NCBI GenBank assembly: GCA_965372515.1
Contig: CBDVCO010000003.1
Location: forward strand, 1 to 53,644
DNA length: 53,644 nucleotides
Reading direction: 5' to 3'
From: an uncultured bacterium
GTDB lineage: Bacteria > Desulfobacterota > GWC2-55-46 > JAJCZF01
Shown here: positions 1 to 8,735 of the stretch, in pieces
Layout of the letters: each line of letters opens with the position of its first letter
Position numbering within the stretch: the stretch's first letter is position 1
Position numbers and translations under genes: made by a program
Notes under the pieces: model-generated
Database searches by the model: none
What the model was told of the DNA's origin: nothing
The model's input: only the letters and a program-made list of their open reading frames with translations

Positions 1-910
1 CTATCTCTCTGGTGGCGAGCTTTTTTATATCATAGTTGTCAATATGATCCGGCGCACCGTGGTCGCACTTAAGCCCTAATATCTGATTGAAGTCGCAGTC
101 AAATAGCGAGCCGTCGTAGCCAACGGAAACTAGCTCGCGGCACATGACATTACCGGCGGCCATCGGGTTAAACGTTTGTGCAAGCCGGCCCATGTAGCCA
201 TCGAGCTCTCCAGAGCTTACCAGAGAGTCCTTGAACCTGCCGAGCGGCATATTTGTAATAGTAAAGAGGTTTGTAAAGCTTAGTCCATAACGCGTGGTAA
301 GTTCTCTTCTGTAGTCCTCTTGAAGATCGGCCTGAGACGGCGGCAGGTTCAAACCAACGGGATTATAGACGAGGTTCAGAACGAGCCCCGTACCCTCTAC
401 GCCGTAGCCCACGGCGTTTAATCTCTTTAACGCGGCAATAGAAGAGTCGAAGACACCCGTGCCCCTCTGTTGATCGACATTCTCCTCAAGGTAGCAAGGA
501 AGCGACGCTATCACCTCCACCCCGGTTGAGGCGAAAAACTCCGGCAGGTCCCGGGAGCCCTCTTCCATTAGAACCGTCAGATTAGTACGCGTCTTGACAT
601 TGAGGCCAAGTGACTTAAGGCGCTCGACGAACCACCTGTAGTCCGGGTGCATCTCCGGCGCGCCGCCGGTGATATCAACGCACTCTATCGAATTATCCTC
701 CAGCGCCAGCGCCTTAAGGCAAGAGGCCATAACCTCCCTACTCATGACCTCAGCTCTGGTTGGCGATGCGGAAACATGACAGTGCGCGCAAGCCTGGTTG
801 CATCTAAAACCCACATTGACCTGCAGCGTCTTTATGGACGTGGAGAAGAGCGGGTATAGCCCCCCATCCTTCAGCGTGTCGTCGAAACTCTTTATCTTTG
901 CCTCAGTCAC
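1..910 (-). CDS. arsS: Arsenosugar biosynthesis radical SAM protein ArsS family (radical SAM/DUF3641); 3' end runs off the window
   Basis: Missing from the ORF track. Manual translation gives MTEAKIKSF...TLQVNVGFRCNQACAHCHVSASP...DITGGAPEMHP...ASLPCYLEENVDQQRG...LNLVYNP...ITNMPLGRF...VMCRELVSVGYDGSLFDCDFNQ. It has the CxxxCxxC radical SAM motif, and its GTG start overlaps the upstream stop (GTGA). Confidence 0.85.
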   Translation of the reverse strand, partial: MTEAKIKSFDDTLKDGGLYPLFSTSIKTLQVNVGFRCNQACAHCHVSASPTRAEVMSREVMASCLKALALEDNSIECVDITGGAPEMHPDYRWFVERLKSLGLNVKTRTNLTVLMEEGSRDLPEFFASTGVEVIASLPCYLEENVDQQRGTGVFDSSIAALKRLNAVGYGVEGTGLVLNLVYNPVGLNLPPSQADLQEDYRRELTTRYGLSFTNLFTITNMPLGRFKDSLVSSGELDGYMGRLAQTFNPMAAGNVMCRELVSVGYDGSLFDCDFNQILGLKCDHGAPDHIDNYDIKKLATREI

Positions 911-1548
911 TCTTGCCTCCTTACTCCGAAGAGCTCCCCAAGGGGGCGGGTTACGCGTTTGCGCTCCTCAGGTTTTGAGTACCTGACGTAGGCCATACCT
1001 AAGCAGGCTACGATTATGCCCGCGATAAGGTCGTAGATCAGGTCCCACATCGTATCAGAGAGCCCCTTCTGCGCGGTCGTATCAAAGAAGATATCGACCG
1101 CATACTCCAAAATCTCCCAGATCGAGCCGACAAACATGGCGAATGTCACGGTAAAAAAACCCACGAGAGGGATCGATAGGCGGAGCTTCTTCGTATAATG
1201 GAGCGTATAGACTATCATAAATGCCAAGAGAGAGATGACAGCCGTACTAAAGAGGTGCAGTATCACATCCCACGGCGCAAAACGTTCGTAGAACATCAGC
1301 AGCTCGCCGAGGAACATATGAAGGAATATGGCGAGCGTGATAAGAAGGTCGAGTTCAAAGGGCAGCGTTATGTGATAGTTCCTCTCCACAACGGCTGGTA
1401 CGAAACTCACGACAATAGCCGCAAGGGTTGCGAGCGCGAATGGATAGTCGCCTATATATATCTCATAGGGCAGCATGGAAAAGAGTATTAGCTTCATGAG
1501 CCATGATATGGCCGTACTTATACTGACTCTTTCCCTGCTGGTATTCAT
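907..1548 (-). CDS. Integral membrane protein (DUF2238/YjdF-like)
   Basis: About 6 hydrophobic segments with conserved-looking WDVILH, WEILEY and DTMWDL motifs. Confidence 0.65.
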   Translation of the reverse strand: MNTSRERVSISTAISWLMKLILFSMLPYEIYIGDYPFALATLAAIVVSFVPAVVERNYHITLPFELDLLITLAIFLHMFLGELLMFYERFAPWDVILHLFSTAVISLLAFMIVYTLHYTKKLRLSIPLVGFFTVTFAMFVGSIWEILEYAVDIFFDTTAQKGLSDTMWDLIYDLIAGIIVACLGMAYVRYSKPEERKRVTRPLGELFGVRRQE

Positions 1549-1609
1549 CTTTGTATTATCTTATAAAGGAGGCCCGATTGACAGGGCTTTTTATATAAAA
1601 AAAATAGCC

Positions 1610-2656
1610 TTAGAAGAGGTCAAGCTCTTCCTTCTTCTTATCCTTAGTAGCCTTTTCCTCAGGCTCTTCTTTGGCTTTGGCTTCGGATAGGCGCTCGCCC
1701 GCCTCTTCCCCGGCAGGAGAGAAGCCCTTAAAGAGATACCTCCCCATCATCCTGTGATAGGCCGTCCACCTGGTCTCTCCCTTATCGTCCTTTATATAGC
1801 GCTGGGTCGCCTCGACCTTTGCGTCGAGGTCGTCTATAAAGGAGAGAATGACCGCCTCAACGGTCATTGGCACTTTGGGCGAGCCGAACTCAAGAACGCC
1901 GTGGTGGCTCAAGACCATATGCTTCATAAGTACGGCCTTCTCTTCGGGGAAACCGTCGATATCCCTTATTATCTCGTCGATCATCGAGGCCCCTATGGTT
2001 ATATGGCCGAGCAGTTGTCCGTCGTCCGTATAGTCGAACGACCTCTTGTAGGAGAGTTCATGTATCTTTCCTATATCATGGAGTATTACTCCGGCCAAAA
2101 GCATATCACGGTCGATATTATCGTAATGAGAGCTTACGAACTCGGCGAGCTTTGCTACACTTAGCACATGCTCAAGAAGACCGCCCAGGCGGTTATGGTG
2201 CATTCCCTTGGCCGCCGGGGCGAGCTTAAATAGCTCGACCACACCTTTGTCCTCGGCAAAGAGAGAATCGAAAAAGCCCCTGATATCGCTATCTGTCATT
2301 GACGAGATGATCTCAGTAAGGTCGGCGAACATCTCGTCGGGCTCTCTTTCGGTAGAGGGTAGAAAGTCCCGTAAGGTATAGCGGTCTTCGGGCAGGGCCG
2401 CTATTGCCGAGATATTGACCTGAAGCCCTCCCTGATAAGAGACTGCAAAGCCCTCCACCCTGCATACGTCGTCCTTATTGAAGTTTGCGGCCGCCGCGTC
2501 GGCATTATCCCAGACCCTGGCCTCCACCTCGCCGGTCGAGTCCATAAGCCTCGCCATTATATAGGGCTTGCCGCTCTTACCGACAGCCATATCCTTGCGT
2601 GTAACGAGGAAGTTGCCTTCCACCTTTGTCTTCTCTCTGATATCATCAACTTTCAA
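1610..2656 (-). CDS. yhaM: OB-fold + HD-domain 3'-5' exoribonuclease, YhaM/Cbf1 family
   Basis: N-terminal OB fold (GKPY...DSTGEVEARVW), then PAAKGMHH, GGLLEH, LHDIGK and SHHG. The TTG start at 2656 follows a GGAGG and overlaps the upstream stop. Confidence 0.85.
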   Translation of the reverse strand: MKVDDIREKTKVEGNFLVTRKDMAVGKSGKPYIMARLMDSTGEVEARVWDNADAAAANFNKDDVCRVEGFAVSYQGGLQVNISAIAALPEDRYTLRDFLPSTEREPDEMFADLTEIISSMTDSDIRGFFDSLFAEDKGVVELFKLAPAAKGMHHNRLGGLLEHVLSVAKLAEFVSSHYDNIDRDMLLAGVILHDIGKIHELSYKRSFDYTDDGQLLGHITIGASMIDEIIRDIDGFPEEKAVLMKHMVLSHHGVLEFGSPKVPMTVEAVILSFIDDLDAKVEATQRYIKDDKGETRWTAYHRMMGRYLFKGFSPAGEEAGERLSEAKAKEEPEEKATKDKKKEELDLF

Positions 2657-3612
2657 GCTCTTTTTTCCTCCCTGGCAAGAAACCACCTGACATATCTTTC
2701 AACGCCCTCTTCTATGCCGACCTTTGGCTCGTACCCGATAAGACGGCGCGCCTTTGATACATCCGCGTGTGTAAGCGGCACATCCCCCGGCGCCGCGTCG
2801 AGATATTTGATCCTGGCCTTCTTGCCCAGTTTATCCTCTATAATTGAAATAAGCCCCGAAACATCTATGGTCCTGGAGCCGCCGATATTTATTATCTCGT
2901 ATTTAAACGGCTTATAAATAGAGGCCATAACGCCGTCTATAATATCCCCAATATAGGTAAAATCCCTTATAGCCGAACCGTCGCCGTAAACCTCCATCTC
3001 CGTACCGTCGTATATGGACCTCGTAAATTTAGCCACCGCCATCTCAGGGCGCCCCGCCTCGCCATAAACAGTAAAGAAACGCAGACAGGTTATCGGCAGG
3101 TCGTAGAGGTGTGAGTATGTAAAGCACATAAGCTCCCCGGCCCTCTTGGTCGAGGCATAGGGGCTTATCGGCATGGTAATGGGGTCATCTTCAGAAAATG
3201 GTGATTTACTGTTCAGGCCGTAGACCGAAGAGGAGGCGGCGAAGACAAAATTCTTCAAATCTCGTCCCTTGATCGACTCAAGGATATTCAGAGTGCCGAG
3301 GCAGTTGACCTCTTCATAGAGGATGGGCTCTTCTATCGAGGGTCTCACCCCCGCCCTCGCCGCAAGGTGGCAGACGACGTCGGGCTCTGCATCGTCGATA
3401 GCCAAACGTAGCGAGCCCAGGTCCCTGATGTCCAGCTCATAGAGCGTGAAATTCGGGTTTGAGAGAAAAGGCTCTATATTCTCCCTCTTGAGCGCCGGGT
3501 CGTAGAACGAGTTAAAGTCGTCTATGACCGAGACCTTCTCGCCGCGTTCAAGAAGGGCGCTAACGAGATGAGAGCCTATAAAACCTGCCCCTCCTGTAAC
3601 GATTAAGTTCAT
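2653..3612 (-). CDS. NAD-dependent nucleotide-sugar epimerase/dehydratase (UDP-glucuronate 4-epimerase-like)
   Basis: TGGAGFIG, HLAARAGVR, SSSVYG, YASTK and RFFTVYG extended-SDR motifs. Confidence 0.9.
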   Translation of the reverse strand: MNLIVTGGAGFIGSHLVSALLERGEKVSVIDDFNSFYDPALKRENIEPFLSNPNFTLYELDIRDLGSLRLAIDDAEPDVVCHLAARAGVRPSIEEPILYEEVNCLGTLNILESIKGRDLKNFVFAASSSVYGLNSKSPFSEDDPITMPISPYASTKRAGELMCFTYSHLYDLPITCLRFFTVYGEAGRPEMAVAKFTRSIYDGTEMEVYGDGSAIRDFTYIGDIIDGVMASIYKPFKYEIINIGGSRTIDVSGLISIIEDKLGKKARIKYLDAAPGDVPLTHADVSKARRLIGYEPKVGIEEGVERYVRWFLAREEKRA

Positions 3613-3618
3613 AGGGAG

Positions 3619-3648
3619 AAACTACCATAGATTCAAAAAGAAGGTCAA
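3619..3648 (-). promoter_or_regulatory. Putative sigma70 promoter of the epimerase gene (leaderless geometry)
   Basis: TTGACC-N18-TAGTTT, 6 nt before the ATG at 3612. Confidence 0.45.
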
Positions 3649-3709
3649 GCTGTATGGGTATGCGGATCGAACAGCTGGAGGATCAGGGGGGGGGCAGCCG
3701 TGCCTATTA

Positions 3710-3738
3710 TTGCCCATCCGGCGAAAACCTGTTAAAAT
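3710..3738 (+). promoter_or_regulatory. Putative sigma70 promoter of the archease-rtcB operon (leaderless geometry)
   Basis: TTGCCC-N17-TAAAAT preceded by TG, 6 nt before the ATG at 3745; no Shine-Dalgarno. Confidence 0.55.
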
Positions 3739-3744
3739 CAACTT

Positions 3745-4170
3745 ATGGGCTACGCCTATCTGGATCATATCTCGGACATTGGCATCAAGGCCAGTGGTGA
3801 AAGCATGGAGGAGGCCTTCAAATGCGGCGCCGAGGCCGTGCTGAATATCTTCTTTGACACAGAGACGATAGGCGACGAGATAAGCGTCATTATTAAAGCC
3901 CTGGCCCCGGCCCCTGATCTCCTCTTTATCGAATCCCTAAACGAGCTGATATCCATTCAGGACAGGGAGTCTCTCGCGCTAAAGTCCATAAGGAACGTTC
4001 AAATTAAAGAAGGAACGAAAGGCTTCTCATTCACTGCATCGGCATACGGGGAGAGCTTTAACCCGGACAAACACACGGTCAAGTGCGAGGTCAAGGGCGC
4101 GACCTACTCAGGGCTCTCCTATGAAACAAAGAAAGGTATCCACACATTCACCTGCGTGGTGGACGTCTAA
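3745..4170 (+). CDS. Archease (RtcB activator)
   Basis: N-terminal YLDHISDIGI, C-terminal EVKGATY...VVDV; directly upstream of rtcB. Confidence 0.9.
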   Translation: MGYAYLDHISDIGIKASGESMEEAFKCGAEAVLNIFFDTETIGDEISVIIKALAPAPDLLFIESLNELISIQDRESLALKSIRNVQIKEGTKGFSFTASAYGESFNPDKHTVKCEVKGATYSGLSYETKKGIHTFTCVVDV

Positions 4171-4180
4171 GGGGGACATT

Positions 4181-5641
4181 ATGATAGAAATCCAAAAGAT
4201 CGACGACTATCTCTATGAGATCACAAAGACCGGCGATATGCTGGTTCCCGGCCGCATATACGGAGACGAGGAGACCATCGAGGGGCTCTTAGAGGAGGCC
4301 GAGCATAGAAAAGGGGGCGCCTTTACCCCGGCTCTCGTTCAGGTCATGAACGTGGCCACGCTGCCCGGAATTGTCAAGGCGTCTATTGCTATGGCCGACA
4401 TACACCCGGGCTACGGCTTCGCCATCGGCGGGGTCGGGGCCTTTGACATGGAGACAGGCGTGGTAAGTGTCGCCGGGGTGGGCTTCGACATAAACTGCGG
4501 GGTCAGGGTCTTAAAGACCGGGCTCACCAAAAAAGAGGTTGAGGTGAAGTTGGTGGAACTCTCGGACAGGCTCTTTCGCGACGTACCCTCGGGGCTCGGC
4601 TCAAAAGGGGATATAAAACTCGACGAGCGGGCCATCAACGCCGTCCTCGTTAATGGAGCCGAAAAGGTAATAGAGATGGGCTACGGCCTCCCCGAAGACC
4701 TCGACTACATAGAGGACCGCGGCAAAGTAGAGGGCGCGCTTACGGGTAACGTCAGCCACAGGGCCAAGGAGAGGCAGTATAAGCAAATAGGCACGCTAGG
4801 CTCAGGCAACCATTATCTTGAGGTCCAGTGGGTCGAGGAGATCTTCGATCCCGAGGCGGCAGAGGCCTACGGACTATTTAAAGACCAGATAGTCGTGGCC
4901 ATCCACTGCGGCAGCCGCGCTCTCGGCCACCAGATAGGGACCGATTATTTGAAGGTCCTAGAGGCCGCAAGCAGGAAGTACAATATCCCCATAAGGGACC
5001 GTGAGCTAGTATGCGCGCCGATAAATAGCGAGGAGGGCAGGCAATATCTCGGCGCGGTCAGGGCCGGGATAAACTGCGCCTTCGCCAATAGGCAGGCAAT
5101 AGCCCATCTGGTGAGGGGCGCATTTAAGAGGACATTCGGCGTAGAGGAGAGGGAACTCTCTCTGCTCTACGACGTCGGCCACAACACCTGTAAGGTAGAG
5201 AGCCACCTTGTGGACGGTATAGAGAAGGAAGTGCTCGTTCACCGCAAGGGCTCGACAAGGGCCTTTGGTCCCGGCCGAAAGGAGCTTCCCAAAGCCTACA
5301 AGGACGTAGGCCACCCTCTCCTTGTCGGGGGCACGATGGGCACGGCGTCTTATATACTTCGCGGCACGGAAAAGGGCATGCAGGATTGTTTCGGCAGCGC
5401 GGTGCACGGGGCCGGGAGGGCGCTCTCCAGGATGAAGGCCAAGAAGAGATGGCGCGGGCGAGAAGTGATCAAAGAACTTAAGGAAAAAGGCATAATCATA
5501 CGCTCAAGGAGCATGTCCGGTGTCGCCGAAGAGGCGCCCGGCGCCTATAAGGATATAGAGAATGTGGTCAGGATCATAGACGGCAGCGGGGTGAACAGGA
5601 AGGTAGCGAGGGTAAGGCCGCTTATCTGCGTTAAGGGATAG
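4181..5641 (+). CDS. rtcB: RtcB RNA ligase (long, archease-associated type)
   Basis: DIHPGYGFAIGG, GFDINCGVR, GSGNHYLE, HCGSR, HRKGSTRAF, HGAGR and EEAPGAYK motifs. Likely start is ATG 4181 after a GGGGG RBS. Confidence 0.95.
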   Translation: MIEIQKIDDYLYEITKTGDMLVPGRIYGDEETIEGLLEEAEHRKGGAFTPALVQVMNVATLPGIVKASIAMADIHPGYGFAIGGVGAFDMETGVVSVAGVGFDINCGVRVLKTGLTKKEVEVKLVELSDRLFRDVPSGLGSKGDIKLDERAINAVLVNGAEKVIEMGYGLPEDLDYIEDRGKVEGALTGNVSHRAKERQYKQIGTLGSGNHYLEVQWVEEIFDPEAAEAYGLFKDQIVVAIHCGSRALGHQIGTDYLKVLEAASRKYNIPIRDRELVCAPINSEEGRQYLGAVRAGINCAFANRQAIAHLVRGAFKRTFGVEERELSLLYDVGHNTCKVESHLVDGIEKEVLVHRKGSTRAFGPGRKELPKAYKDVGHPLLVGGTMGTASYILRGTEKGMQDCFGSAVHGAGRALSRMKAKKRWRGREVIKELKEKGIIIRSRSMSGVAEEAPGAYKDIENVVRIIDGSGVNRKVARVRPLICVKG

Positions 5642-5645
5642 AGTA

Positions 5646-7649
5646 TTGCACTACCTTATCATACGGCCCATAAGCGAAGACCCCGCACAGATCGAGCCCT
5701 CGCTCGACCGTCTTGAAATTATCACCGGGCTCGACAAGCATACCCTGAAACAAAAGTTCCTGGGAAGCGCGCTAAATCTCTTAAAACACCACTCTGAGCG
5801 CGGGCCCCTGGAGGATATCTCAAAAGAGCTCTCAAAGGAGGGGATAAATTCAATAGTCGTCAGCAAGGACGAGCTAAGGAGGCCTGAGAAGTCGGTAAGG
5901 GCGGCGAGCATCGATATTGGCTCAGACCATATCGAACTCATCTCAAAAGACGGAAATCCGCTCTTAACAGTAGATAAAGATCTCGACTGCCTTATCGTCA
6001 TCTCGTGTAAGGGTTTCAAGAAGATAAACACAAAAGAGATGGCACGCCATGTCATGCGCTTTACAACGCCCATGAGCCCCGATGAAAGGCTAAAAGATAT
6101 TTGCCTTAACCAGCCGGTCATGGAGATCTATTCGAGCGGCTCTGATAGGCCCATAAGGATAGAAGGCACGAAGTTCAACTACTCCACCCTGGGTGAGAGA
6201 AACCGAAATTCCACTGCGCTTAACTTTAAGATCATACTTGAGCTGATCTCAAAGCACTCGAAGAAGGTCATTATCGAGACCGGTTTCGGCGAGAACAGCC
6301 TGCCGTTCCTGAACTCGCTTGATAATAAAGATAGCGAGAGGGCTTTCAGGGACTTTGGGGTCTATTCCTTCATGGTAAGCCTTGCGCACCAGAGGGGCAT
6401 CTTTCAAAGCGGGGGCGACATGGGAATAAACGGACTTATCCCCCTACCCCTTCTGGACGACCTCACCTCGATATTCTGGGCGGGGCCCGGCAGAGCGGGC
6501 GGCAAAACAGGCGGCGCAAAGGAGAAAGACCCGGAAAACGACGAAGAGAAAGATGTTAAGAAAAACCCTCTTCCACAACCTCCCGAAGAGTTCACCCGCC
6601 CCAGATCAAAGAGCCGTGCCCTGAGGATACTCGGACGCACCCTGCCCGGCTACGGCAGGTTCGTCCATGGCCTTGGCCCAAAAATTATATTTTATCCCCT
6701 GAGCCTGATACTGGTAGGCTCTCTTATAATTATACAGATAACCGAAGCAACCGAGCCGCTCTCTATAACCCTGATGACGGCCGGCCTTATGATATTTAGC
6801 CGCTCATTTGTACTCATAAAGCGGAAGAGGTCGATCGAGAACTGCCCTCGAAGTAAAATTCGCTCCATGCCCATGGGAGAGGTGGAGGTAGGCGGCAAGG
6901 CCGTACAGAAATACTACCTTCGCTCGCCCTACACATATACTAACTGCGTCTATTACTCATATAAGATCTACGAAATGGAGCGTACCCGTAACGGCAAGAG
7001 GATGGTCTTGAAGGAATGGAATGACAGCGGACGCATCCCCTTCTATCTGGAAGACGATACGGGAAGGACATTAATTACACCAAAAGAGGCGGTCTTGCGC
7101 GCCGGGGTCAAAGAGACATTAAGCGGGGATATGCTAAGCGCGGTCTATGGGAGTAGCGCATCAGGAAACAGAAAGATCGTCGAGACGACAATACCGACCG
7201 GAAGTTTTCTCTATGTAATGGGCTACGCCCACCGCGTAAGGAACCCTGCGAAAACCAAGAAAAGAGAGATGACCGAGAGGCTCGTCGATCTCAAACACGA
7301 TAAGGCGCGCCTCAACAATTACGACACGGACGGGGACGGCAGGATAGACAGCGAGGAATGGGACCGGGCGAGAGCTGATGTGGAAGATCAGCTCTTCAGA
7401 GATCGTCTTGAAGCGGGCAAGGCTAAAGACGAGGTCGCGATCGGGGCTCACCCCACCGGCGGGCTCTTCTTCATATCGGACAAAAAAGAAGAGCATATCA
7501 TAAAGTCAATGGCCTGGAAGATACCCTTATACCTCGCAAGTGGAAGCGGCGCCACACTGGGCGGCCTCTTTTTCATATTGAAAATACTAAAGAATAACGA
7601 TATATTATCGACATTGAACTCTATCTTTTCAAATATCCATATTAATTAA
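5646..7649 (+). CDS. Membrane protein with unknown N-terminal domain, GIDE-like domain and EF-hand-like loop
   Basis: Two TMs, then IENCPRSKIRSMPMGEVEVGG...CVYYSY...PFYLEDDTG (GIDE-like), a DTDGDGRIDSEEW EF-hand, FFISD and a C-terminal TM; followed by lemA. Confidence 0.7.
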   Translation: MHYLIIRPISEDPAQIEPSLDRLEIITGLDKHTLKQKFLGSALNLLKHHSERGPLEDISKELSKEGINSIVVSKDELRRPEKSVRAASIDIGSDHIELISKDGNPLLTVDKDLDCLIVISCKGFKKINTKEMARHVMRFTTPMSPDERLKDICLNQPVMEIYSSGSDRPIRIEGTKFNYSTLGERNRNSTALNFKIILELISKHSKKVIIETGFGENSLPFLNSLDNKDSERAFRDFGVYSFMVSLAHQRGIFQSGGDMGINGLIPLPLLDDLTSIFWAGPGRAGGKTGGAKEKDPENDEEKDVKKNPLPQPPEEFTRPRSKSRALRILGRTLPGYGRFVHGLGPKIIFYPLSLILVGSLIIIQITEATEPLSITLMTAGLMIFSRSFVLIKRKRSIENCPRSKIRSMPMGEVEVGGKAVQKYYLRSPYTYTNCVYYSYKIYEMERTRNGKRMVLKEWNDSGRIPFYLEDDTGRTLITPKEAVLRAGVKETLSGDMLSAVYGSSASGNRKIVETTIPTGSFLYVMGYAHRVRNPAKTKKREMTERLVDLKHDKARLNNYDTDGDGRIDSEEWDRARADVEDQLFRDRLEAGKAKDEVAIGAHPTGGLFFISDKKEEHIIKSMAWKIPLYLASGSGATLGGLFFILKILKNNDILSTLNSIFSNIHIN

Positions 7650-7703
7650 ATAGAGGCGGGGACGAGAGAAACTCCGAAGCGAAAACCTCAGGAGGTAGAA
7701 CAA

Positions 7704-8270
7704 ATGACCGCTATCATAACAATCGCAGTTATAATCATTATAATAGTAGCGCTGGTCCTCTACTTCGTGACCATTTACAACGGGCTCGTGAAGGTCAAGA
7801 ACAACGTCGCCAAAAACCGAAGCAACATCGATGTGAGCCTTAAACAGAGATTCGACGAACTGCCAAAACTTGTGACGGTCTGCGAGCGTTATATGAAGCA
7901 CGAGGCCGAAACATTAGAGAAAGTCATAAAAGCGAGGAGCGTGGCGGCAGAGGCAAAGACCGTAAAAGAATCCGGCAAAGCGGACGGCATGATAACCGAG
8001 GCCCTAAAATCCCTCTTCGCCGTATCGGAGAACTACCCGGAGCTAAAGGCCGACAAGAGATTCGGTCAGCTTCAGGCAAGGATAAGCGAACTTGAGAACG
8101 AAATATCGGACAGGAGGGAACTCTATAACGAGGGTGTCAACATATATAATATCAGGATAGCCAAGATCCCCGACGCCTTCGTTGCCGGACCTTTTGGCTA
8201 CAACCCCCTTGAACTCTGGCAGATCGATGACGCACACAGGAAAGACCCCGGCATATCTTTCTCGTCTTAA
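7704..8270 (+). CDS. lemA: LemA family protein
   Basis: N-terminal TM, YNGLV, NIDVSLKQRFDELPKLV, ENYPELKA, ENEISDRRELYN. Confidence 0.92.
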   Translation: MTAIITIAVIIIIIVALVLYFVTIYNGLVKVKNNVAKNRSNIDVSLKQRFDELPKLVTVCERYMKHEAETLEKVIKARSVAAEAKTVKESGKADGMITEALKSLFAVSENYPELKADKRFGQLQARISELENEISDRRELYNEGVNIYNIRIAKIPDAFVAGPFGYNPLELWQIDDAHRKDPGISFSS

Positions 8271-8309
8271 TATGCCCATTCTCCCGAACTACATTGATCT
8301 AAAAGGGGC

Positions 8310-8492
8310 CTAGTAGTCCTCTTCAAAGTAGAACTCTTCGTCGTCGTCCTTCTTCTTATCCTTCTGCATAACCTTCAAAGATACCTGACAATACGAGCAG
8401 TAGACCGCATCGCCAACATCCGATTTGGAGACCGGGACCTCCGCGTCGCACATCAGGCACGGAAGATACCCGCCTGAGCCTTGATTAACCAT
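8310..8492 (-). CDS. Small zinc-ribbon protein with acidic tail (LysW-like)
   Basis: CxxC-x16-CxxC (CLMC...GDAVYCSYCQVSLKV), acidic C-terminus EEFYFEEDY, strong AAGGAGG RBS and its own promoter. Confidence 0.65.
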   Translation of the reverse strand: MVNQGSGGYLPCLMCDAEVPVSKSDVGDAVYCSYCQVSLKVMQKDKKKDDDEEFYFEEDY

Positions 8493-8529
8493 AATAAACC
8501 TCCTTTAAGATCAGACAACACATTTCTAT

Positions 8530-8599
8530 ATTATCTCCATAAAGAGAAAGCCTGTCAAGAAGTCTAAAAGTTGACGAGAACAGATTAAAAAGTTAAAAT
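8530..8599. promoter_or_regulatory. Back-to-back sigma70 promoters
   Basis: Minus strand TTGACA(8558)-N17-GATAAT; plus strand TTGACG(8571)-N17-TAAAAT(8594-8599). Confidence 0.6.
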
Positions 8600-8735
8600 A
8601 CACAGTCAAATCAATAGGCAATCTTTCTTAACAAGGCCATTAGATTCAATATGTTAAAACTACAGCCGCGTACCAAGGCAACCGCAGACCGTGGGATGCG
8701 CGTATAGAACCGGACTGTCCGGGAGACGAGCGTAT

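Noticed and set aside
1-1548. Complete arsenosugar / arsenic-resistance operon
   Set aside because: Only a partial arsS-like gene is visible; no arsM or other ars genes fall in the window.
3686-3694. G9 tract (another at 25134-25142) as a phase-variation switch
   Set aside because: Both tracts are intergenic and outside any -35/-10 spacer I could identify; one sequence gives no evidence of length variation.
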